Assembly: GCA_038045705.1 (NCBI GenBank)
Contig: JBBSXO010000001.1
Location: forward strand, 32,001-96,000
Origin: Nanobdellota archaeon
Lineage (GTDB): Archaea; Nanobdellota; Nanobdellia; Pacearchaeales; GW2011-AR1
DNA length: 64,000 bases
Direction: 5' to 3'
The translations under genes and the position numbers were made by a program. Below are positions 57,235-64,000 of this stretch, piece after piece (positions within the stretch are counted from its first letter, which is position 1; every line of letters begins with the position of its first letter). The notes beneath the pieces are model-generated. The model saw nothing but the letters and a program-made list of their open reading frames with translations. It was not told where the DNA came from and did not search any database.

Positions 57235-59094
57235 TCAAGTACTTCCAGTAGTCCCTGTAGTTCCAGATCCGCCAGGAGGATTGCTCACATTACCAGGAAT
57301 ACTGCTGGTGCCTCCAAAGTTAGGAACGGTTATAATTGGCAGAGGAGGTAATATAATCGTTTGGCAAGATGTTTTAGGAACTACTCCAGGATTAGCTCTT
57401 ACAAAATACCCTCTATTCTTGTGTCCCCACCAAGATCCTGCTTTAGGTTGTATATCTTGATTAGCTATGGGTATTGGTCTAGGAACATCGCACCATCCAT
57501 CAGGCTGGCTATCAACACAAGTAGGGCTGTAATCACTCCACCAATTTCGCTCAAAAACATCATTAGGGGAGTTTACATCCAAGGCCTGAAGCAAAATATT
57601 TTGATCAAAATCGTTAGATCTTACAAATGAACTTTCATTAGAATTATTAAATTCCAAACCTATTTTATTAAAACCAAAATAGTTATTAGTAGCATAAATA
57701 TCTGGAGATATAGATGTGTCTTCTACATTTTCTATAAGCAATCCAATCAAATTATTACCTATAATGTTAGCACCCCTTATTACAACAGAAACTCTATCAC
57801 TCTCTCTAATTTCTATCCCATTACTATTCCCATTAGTTTGGATTCCATTATAAATTATATCATTACAAATAATTTCTGATCCAACATGGCTAAATATATC
57901 TGGATTAGTTTTTCCATTTAGATAAACGCCTTCTCTTCCATTATAAATTATATCATTTTGTAAAAGTACATTTTCGGTTGAAAGAGAATCAATTATAGAG
58001 CTGTCAGCAAAATTAGATGAAACTCCATATCTATTGTTTTGAGAGATATAATTTGCAAAAACATCTCCAACATTAATATTCATTCCAGTACAAAGTTGCC
58101 CGGGATGAGAGATACAGGCAGGAAGAGAATTATTTCCTACAATATGAGGAATATGTAAATATATTCCATCAACTGCATTGTTAATTATATCATTTGAAAT
58201 AATGTAATTAAAGTTAGTCACAAATGAGGTATATGGTCCGCTTGTCAATATTTTGGGAGATTTTGAAGCAATAATTGCAATCCCAGATCCATTTAAATAA
58301 AAGCCGTTAGAGTTAATAAAGTTGTTTTTTATCTGGCTCTGAGCAGAATCAGTCCAGAATCCCAAATTCTGGATACCACTTTTATAATTTTCACTAATAT
58401 TATTTTCAGATATCAAAATAGAATTGTTTATTAAATACGGGCTTACAGGTAGATAAGCATCGTAATCAAAAGCATCAAAATTAATTCCATTTAGTCTATT
58501 ATTTATAATTCTATTTTTAAATAAATATATTCCTGCAGGAAACAATGTAGAATTAGAATAATTTACTAACCCAAAATGAGTTGATGTAAAAAGAACACCA
58601 TCCTTATTATTATTTCTAATGTCACTTAAGTTTACATGAATATTTACTACATTATATCCAACAAATAACCCACTCCCATTATTAAGGCTAGATTTAACAG
58701 CTAATAGATTAATTTCCGAAGTATAATTTGTAACGTTTCCTACAAATATTCCGTTACCTTTAAAATTTGCAAAGTCACACCCTTCAACAGTTACATTTCT
58801 TCTTCCAGAAATTGTTAATCCATTTGCTCCAGTCCAAGAATTACCATTAAAAAGGTTTCCAGGCTGACAAGTTATTTTAACATTATCTGATCCAATACCT
58901 ATTCCATAATTATATACTCTAGGACAAATAGTTACAGATTGCATAATCAGTTGAGGATATGCAGGAGGTGTAATGCAAGGTTGTTTTCTGGAAGGTGCAA
59001 GTGAAATATCAAAAATATTCAATTCATAAATTGTAAAAACCACTAAAAGAGATATAACAACAAAAACAATCAACAAACCTCTACTCTTATTCAT
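57235..59094 (-). CDS. secreted/membrane-anchored right-handed parallel beta-helix protein, paralog B
   Basis: Same architecture as 39330..41156; near-identical N-terminus and NWW..YSPTCVDSQPDGWCDV block; G/T/S/P-rich tail. Confidence 0.8.
   Translation of the reverse strand: MNKSRGLLIVFVVISLLVVFTIYELNIFDISLAPSRKQPCITPPAYPQLIMQSVTICPRVYNYGIGIGSDNVKITCQPGNLFNGNSWTGANGLTISGRRNVTVEGCDFANFKGNGIFVGNVTNYTSEINLLAVKSSLNNGSGLFVGYNVVNIHVNLSDIRNNNKDGVLFTSTHFGLVNYSNSTLFPAGIYLFKNRIINNRLNGINFDAFDYDAYLPVSPYLINNSILISENNISENYKSGIQNLGFWTDSAQSQIKNNFINSNGFYLNGSGIAIIASKSPKILTSGPYTSFVTNFNYIISNDIINNAVDGIYLHIPHIVGNNSLPACISHPGQLCTGMNINVGDVFANYISQNNRYGVSSNFADSSIIDSLSTENVLLQNDIIYNGREGVYLNGKTNPDIFSHVGSEIICNDIIYNGIQTNGNSNGIEIRESDRVSVVIRGANIIGNNLIGLLIENVEDTSISPDIYATNNYFGFNKIGLEFNNSNESSFVRSNDFDQNILLQALDVNSPNDVFERNWWSDYSPTCVDSQPDGWCDVPRPIPIANQDIQPKAGSWWGHKNRGYFVRANPGVVPKTSCQTIILPPLPIITVPNFGGTSSIPGNVSNPPGGSGTTGTTGST
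58997..59065. repeat. 69-bp exact direct repeat, copy 2
   Basis: Identical to 41059..41127. Confidence 0.9.
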
Positions 59095-59116
59095 ATAACT
59101 CTTAGATTGAAAATGC

Positions 59117-59133
59117 TATATATATATATATAT
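59117..59133. repeat. (TA)8T microsatellite at the TATA-box position of beta-helix paralog B
   Basis: TATATATATATATATAT, 23-39 nt upstream of the ATG at 59094. Confidence 0.85.
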
Positions 59134-59176
59134 TTCGAAATTAAAAAAATAACAAAAAAATAAAATCTAATCTAAT

Positions 59177-59524
59177 TTATCTTGACTTCTTCAGTATCAA
59201 ATAGTTTGAAGCTATGACTAAGTGCATCAAGAATGTAGGCCAGTTGCCCCAAGCAACAGTAAACGCTGCGACAAGCATGATTACTATTGGTGGCCAAACA
59301 GTATATTCTAACTTCCAGCTAGCTAAAATCGCTATACCGAAAACAATCTCTGAAAGTATCAAAACCCACGCCCAGAAGCCTGGAGCCCAGGAAAATAATA
59401 CATTACTGCTAAGCATTCCAACAACCGCGTCTGAACCAATTACAAACAGTTTCAGCAATCCTGGAACAAGCATTACAAGCCCAAGAAGGATGCGGTTTGC
59501 AGTCATAATATTTTTATGATTCAT
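59177..59524 (-). CDS. DoxX family membrane protein
   Basis: RILLGLVML.PGLLKL...EIVFGIAIL; GGAGG upstream of ATG 59524. Confidence 0.8.
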   Translation of the reverse strand: MNHKNIMTANRILLGLVMLVPGLLKLFVIGSDAVVGMLSSNVLFSWAPGFWAWVLILSEIVFGIAILASWKLEYTVWPPIVIMLVAAFTVAWGNWPTFLMHLVIASNYLILKKSR

Positions 59525-59575
59525 AAAACCTCCCAAGATACTAATTTCAAAGAGCTATATAAACATTTCACTAAA

Positions 59576-60274
59576 TCAAGCAGAGAAAAGATAATCTTTT
59601 ATACTTTCAGCCTCATTGACTTTTAGCTTGCGAATAATATTTCCTTTCCGCACAGCTCTTTCGCGCATTTTTAATGGATCTTTCTCATCTTTAGGAACTT
59701 CAATATCTTTAATTTCAAAGTCATGTCTAGCTTCAGCAGTTTTAAATTCATGAATCTCAAAAAATAGTTTCTTTGCAAATTCAGGATTTTTTGTCTTTAA
59801 TTTACAAAAATCTACTTTCACATCATCTGAGTTAGTTCCTGGTTTAGCTGATTTTGGAGCTTTTGGTTTTATTTTTAGTTCACTTTTAGGAGTAGAAAAA
59901 GAAAGGGCAATAAATGCTCTAGGAACAGAATCACAAATAGAAATAATTTGGTCTCCAGTTAATTCCTGAGATATTGAATATTTTTTAACACCCATAAATT
60001 GACTTATATCTCCATATTTGATGTTTTCAGGAAGAGCTTTAGTTGAAATTATGACTCCCTCAACTTTAGTGCTTGAGTTTCCAAGTTCCTCAGCACAAGC
60101 TCTAACAAAATCGCTAGCATATTCATTAGTGGTTACAAAAGAATAATCTCCTTTAGAATATTTACCTCTAACTATTGCTTTATTTGCAAAAAGTCCACGA
60201 CTATATTTTTCAAACTGTAAGTGCACCAAATCATCTGTTTTACCAGAGCAGAGTTTATGAATAAAAAAATCCAT
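59576..60274 (-). CDS. conserved hypothetical protein
   Basis: 232-aa ORF with normal composition (VHLQFEKYSRG, LKIKPKAPKS). Confidence 0.7.
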   Translation of the reverse strand: MDFFIHKLCSGKTDDLVHLQFEKYSRGLFANKAIVRGKYSKGDYSFVTTNEYASDFVRACAEELGNSSTKVEGVIISTKALPENIKYGDISQFMGVKKYSISQELTGDQIISICDSVPRAFIALSFSTPKSELKIKPKAPKSAKPGTNSDDVKVDFCKLKTKNPEFAKKLFFEIHEFKTAEARHDFEIKDIEVPKDEKDPLKMRERAVRKGNIIRKLKVNEAESIKDYLFSA

Positions 60275-60442
60275 AGATTATTCTGCAAATCTTACTTTAT
60301 AAATATGCCACAATTTACATAAATTATAGATAATCAAAAATCCAAAATGGGAAAACAAGAATTTTTTTTAGTTCCAAACAATCTTCTCAATTTCATCTGA
60401 AGTCTTACTAAACTTTATATATAGAAAGACCGTCGGTAAAGC

Positions 60443-61477
60443 ATGCCATTATCCAATAAAGATATAAGACGTATATTTGTATCCGCTGTTCTTCTTTTTC
60501 TAGTAATTGCAGCATTTCTTATTATAAGACCAATTGTCCTATCAATTTTTGGAGGATTAATACTAGCCTATATTTTTTCACCTATATATAAAATAGTTTA
60601 TAGAACAATTCATTCTAGAAACACCGTTGCAACATTGATGTGCATTTTAGTCTTATTGATAATTATAGTCCCTTTATGGTTTACAATACCTATAATTATC
60701 CAGCAAATTTTTGATTTATTCAATTTAAGTCAAAACGTTGATTTTTCACAAGTAGTCTCAAAAGTTTTTCCTTCAGCAACACCAGAATTTAATGAAAGAT
60801 TAACAACTATAATTATTCAGTTTACTGGAAACATAGCTTCAACAATATTCAACTTTTTTATAGGTCTGCTACAGAGCTTACCCACCCTTTTACTCAATCT
60901 TGCGGTTGTTTTGTTTGTATTCTTTTTCTCATTAAGAGATCAAGAGAATTTAAGAGAATTTATCTCAGGAATATCTCCGTTTAGAAAAGATAAAGAAACT
61001 GTTCTCGTAACAAGATTCAAGGATATAACCTCTTCTATTATTTACGGTTATATAATAGTGGGAATAATACAAGGTCTTGCTCTAGGTCTTGGTTTATTAA
61101 TATTTGGAGTTCCAAAAGCCCTAACATTAACAATACTCGGGGCATTTGCATCTATGCTTCCCATGATAGGTCCATGGTTTATTTGGATCCCAGTAACATT
61201 AAGTATGCTTATAGCAGGTAATGTAGGAGTAGCTGTAGCTTTTGCAGTTTATTGTGCATTTTTCGTTTCAACAATAGACAACATCTTGAGACCTTACATA
61301 GTCTCTAGAAAAGCAGGAGTCTCTTCAGTAATAGTTTTAGTTGGGATGATCGGAGGATTATTTGTATTTAATATAATGGGCCTTATTTTAGGACCATTAA
61401 TCTTAGCTTATCTCATATTGTTCCTTAAAGCATACAAAGATGGCACTCTTTCAGACATGTTCTCCCCAGCGGAATAA
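60443..61477 (+). CDS. AI-2E (PerM/UPF0118) family transporter
   Basis: LAYIFSPIY, IIQG, LPMIGP, DNILRP, GMIGG, GLILGP. Confidence 0.92.
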   Translation: MPLSNKDIRRIFVSAVLLFLVIAAFLIIRPIVLSIFGGLILAYIFSPIYKIVYRTIHSRNTVATLMCILVLLIIIVPLWFTIPIIIQQIFDLFNLSQNVDFSQVVSKVFPSATPEFNERLTTIIIQFTGNIASTIFNFFIGLLQSLPTLLLNLAVVLFVFFFSLRDQENLREFISGISPFRKDKETVLVTRFKDITSSIIYGYIIVGIIQGLALGLGLLIFGVPKALTLTILGAFASMLPMIGPWFIWIPVTLSMLIAGNVGVAVAFAVYCAFFVSTIDNILRPYIVSRKAGVSSVIVLVGMIGGLFVFNIMGLILGPLILAYLILFLKAYKDGTLSDMFSPAE

Positions 61478-61509
61478 TTTTTAAACATCTTTTACTTGTT
61501 CAAGAAGAG

Positions 61510-62979
61510 ATGAGATTAAAATTAAAGCTTCTAAAGATTTCAGCAGGCAAACCAGTAATTTTCTTACATGAGTCATCTGCCAAAAAGATGGGGATTCATA
61601 CAGGAGATAGAGTAGCCATAAGAAAAAACGGAGATATATTTGTTGCAATCGTAGATTTAGCAAGAGGTTTAATTAAAAAAAACGAAGTAGCTATATCAGA
61701 GGAGCTGGCTTCATCAATTAAACATCATAAGGGATATGTAGAAATTCTCCCATCAGAAGTGGCCGAAAGCTCATTCATTTTGCAAAATCAAAAAGGTTGT
61801 AGAGAATATTCAGCAAAAGAATTAGAAAAAATAATGTCTGATATTGTAAATAATTTGTTAACTGAAGCAGAAATTGCCTATTTCATCTCCACGATGGTTC
61901 ATTGTGATCCTTCTCTAGAAGAAGCAATAAATCTAACAAAAGCAATAGTAAAAACTGGAAATACTATTTCTTGGCCTTATAAAATAGTTGCAGATAAACA
62001 CTCAATCGGAGGAATACCTGGGAACAGAACAACACCAATAGTTGTTTCAATATGTGCATCTGCTGGAATAATAATGCCCAAAACATCATCAAGAGCAATA
62101 ATTTCTGCAGCAGGTACAGCAGATACTATAGAATCTATTTCTCCCGTAAGCTTATCTATAAATGAACTAAAAAGAGTTGTAAAAAAGACAGGTGCCTGTC
62201 TGGTTTGGGGTGGTTCTCTAGGCCTCGCTCCAGCAGATGACAAATTAATAAGAGTGGAAAAGTTACTTAGAGTGGATCCAGAAGCTCAATTAATTGCTTC
62301 AATTTTAGCTAAGAAAATTTCTGTAGGCAGTACACATGTTCTAATAGATATACCATATGGTGATGGAGCAAAAGTATCTAAAGAAAGAGGAGAAAAACTA
62401 AGCAAGCTATTTATCTTAATAGGCAACAAATTAGGTCTTAAAATAAAAACAATTTTAACTGATGGCAAGGAACCAATAGGGCACGGAATAGGTCCAATTT
62501 TAGAAATGAAAGATGTTTTAAAAGTTTTAAAACAAGATAACCCTCCGAGAGACTTAGAAGAAAAAGCATTAATTCTTGCCGGAATTATAATCGAAATGGT
62601 GGGAAAAGCAAAGCCTGGCAAAGGTATAATTAAAGCAAAAGAGATTTTGTATTCAGGAGTGGCATATAAAAAATTCTCAGAAATAATCTCTGCTCAAGGC
62701 GGTGACGCAAAAACATGGCTTCCAGAAGCAAAATTTAATCATACTATAATTTCAAGTCACTCTGGCATAATTCAAAAAATAAACAATCAAAACATAAACT
62801 ATCTAGCAAGGATCACAGGTTGCCCCATAGACAAAGCCTCAGGTATTTACATCTATAAGCATATAGGTGAGAAAATATTCAAAGGTGATAAATTAGCAAC
62901 TTTATTTTCAGAATCAAAATTAAAATTAAATGAATCGATAAAGTTCTTTAAAAAACAAAAACCAATAATGATAGTATAA
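61510..62979 (+). CDS. deoA: AMP phosphorylase
   Basis: N-terminal extra domain, DKHSIGGIPGNRTT, PKTSSRAI.SAAGTAD, WGGSLGLAPADD, SILAKK. Confidence 0.9.
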   Translation: MRLKLKLLKISAGKPVIFLHESSAKKMGIHTGDRVAIRKNGDIFVAIVDLARGLIKKNEVAISEELASSIKHHKGYVEILPSEVAESSFILQNQKGCREYSAKELEKIMSDIVNNLLTEAEIAYFISTMVHCDPSLEEAINLTKAIVKTGNTISWPYKIVADKHSIGGIPGNRTTPIVVSICASAGIIMPKTSSRAIISAAGTADTIESISPVSLSINELKRVVKKTGACLVWGGSLGLAPADDKLIRVEKLLRVDPEAQLIASILAKKISVGSTHVLIDIPYGDGAKVSKERGEKLSKLFILIGNKLGLKIKTILTDGKEPIGHGIGPILEMKDVLKVLKQDNPPRDLEEKALILAGIIIEMVGKAKPGKGIIKAKEILYSGVAYKKFSEIISAQGGDAKTWLPEAKFNHTIISSHSGIIQKINNQNINYLARITGCPIDKASGIYIYKHIGEKIFKGDKLATLFSESKLKLNESIKFFKKQKPIMIV

Positions 62980-63013
62980 CAATCTTTTTATACATAAGGA
63001 AACAAAAAATAAT

Positions 63014-63295
63014 ATGCAAAAAGATGAGACTTATTTGACTGGAACTGTTAATTATATAAAAAGAAATTTAAGAAAGGGATATAACAAAGAATCATTAAAG
63101 TGGATGCTCATAAAACAAGGTACAAGTAGATCAGAAGTTGAAAAAGCATTTGTTCAAGCAGAGAAAGAAATAATAAATGAGCAAATAGCTGAATCAAGAA
63201 GACTTCAGTCAATGCAACCTGCTCCAAGAATAGAACCTATTATGCCAGAAGTAGAAAAGAAGAAAGGCTTTTTCTCAAGACTATTCGGAAATTAA
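63014..63295 (+). CDS. hypothetical protein
   Basis: YIKRNLRKGY..ESLKW.L..QG helical motif; C-terminal KKGFFSRLFG amphipathic tail. Confidence 0.7.
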   Translation: MQKDETYLTGTVNYIKRNLRKGYNKESLKWMLIKQGTSRSEVEKAFVQAEKEIINEQIAESRRLQSMQPAPRIEPIMPEVEKKKGFFSRLFGN

Positions 63296-63765
63296 TACCC
63301 AACAGGTGGTTTTAATTTCTTTCCAAGCATTTTAACTTTAAGTTTGAATAACTGTTCATTTATACTATCTACTTCTTTGTTCAATTCATCAAATGACAAA
63401 TCTCTTTCTTTTATTAATTCTCCAACATATGCCTCTGTTTTTGTATAATCATTCTTGAATTTCTGATTAACATCTTTCCACTTAATTCCTTTAAGCCATT
63501 GAGCAAAAAATGGATTGTAACTAATAATTCCATTAGTCAAAAGCAAAGCAATACAAGGATAACTTAAAGTATCTGTGTAGTAAGAAGTATTATCATTACA
63601 CATAATTGAATTAGTTTTAGAATCAAAATTTACATTGTAAAATTTATTTCTTGATGAAGAATATACCTTAGCACCATTATTCAAATCAATTTCTATTCTT
63701 TTATCACTTATACATCCAAGAGCCTCATAAACATGCTTTCTCTTTGTAGAAACAACCCATTCCAT
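63292..63765 (-). CDS. hypothetical protein
   Basis: YEALG...AKVYSSSRNKFY.V...CNDN...YP; ORF to 63774, ATG at 63765. Confidence 0.65.
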   Translation of the reverse strand: MEWVVSTKRKHVYEALGCISDKRIEIDLNNGAKVYSSSRNKFYNVNFDSKTNSIMCNDNTSYYTDTLSYPCIALLLTNGIISYNPFFAQWLKGIKWKDVNQKFKNDYTKTEAYVGELIKERDLSFDELNKEVDSINEQLFKLKVKMLGKKLKPPVGY

Positions 63766-63795
63766 AAATTTCAAAGAAATCTTTTATTTTTATAA

Positions 63796-64000
63796 TTAAT
63801 CTTTATTTCCTGTTAACTTAACTTCAGCTATTGCTAGTGCTTGAACTAATTTGCTCAACGTGCTAAATCCTTTCTCTCCCCCAAGATCCTTATCTAATCT
63901 CAAATTAAGGCTTCTTCTAGTTGCTTTAGCAATCCCAACTGGGCTTTGATAATGTCCAAAAAAATCAAGTGTAGTATAAGATCTTCCTAAATCATGTAAA
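63796..64000 (-). CDS. C-terminal part of a CDS entering from beyond the window
   Basis: Manual translation ...LHDLGRSYTTLDFFGHYQSPVGIAKATRRSL...LTGNKD*; open to the window edge. Confidence 0.5.
   Translation of the reverse strand, partial: LHDLGRSYTTLDFFGHYQSPVGIAKATRRSLNLRLDKDLGGEKGFSTLSKLVQALAIAEVKLTGNKD

Noticed and set aside
39330-59094. Diversity-generating retroelement or composite transposon explaining the paralog repeats
   Set aside because: No reverse transcriptase or transposase in the window; the repeat lies at the 5' signal region and I saw no adenine-specific mismatch pattern.
61510-62979. Thymidine phosphorylase
   Set aside because: The N-terminal extra domain and DKHSIGGIPGN motif fit the archaeal AMP phosphorylase subfamily.
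1-64000. CRISPR array, 16S/23S rRNA, genetic-code reassignment
   Set aside because: No regularly spaced repeats and no long GC-rich rRNA block seen; conserved proteins are full length under the standard code with TAA, TAG and TGA all used as stops.

Overview
AT-rich, very compact chromosome segment of an archaeon. Archaeal features include eL19, eL32, eS4, SUI1, Rpp21, AglB, prefoldin alpha and TATA-box promoters. The unlinked 5S rRNA, AMP phosphorylase, ribose-1,5-bisphosphate isomerase and extreme gene packing suggest a DPANN lineage, probably Pacearchaeota/Woesearchaeota-like (inference). Layout: 1-5.5 kb holds rnp4, 5S rRNA, three tRNAs and secF/secD. 5.5-37.2 kb is a ~32-kb surface-glycosylation island ending in aglB. 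38-41 kb holds R15P isomerase, pfdA and a beta-helix surface protein. 41-57 kb is the S10/spc-type ribosomal protein super-operon with several foreign insertions. 57-64 kb holds a second beta-helix paralog, an AI-2E permease and AMP phosphorylase. The standout is a tightly coupled operon inside the glycan island: LuxE-like, LuxC-like, hexapeptide acyltransferase, AcpS, ACP, AMP ligase and Fe-ADH, followed by a Gfo/Idh/MocA oxidoreductase and a DegT aminotransferase. This matches the enzyme set of the Vibrio cholerae O1 WbeK/L/M/N/O tetronate pathway and lies near gmd-perosamine synthase-formyltransferase. It points to an ACP-dependent acyl-decoration system for an archaeal (probably N-linked) glycan. 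All product calls come from motif recognition by eye; no database searches were run.
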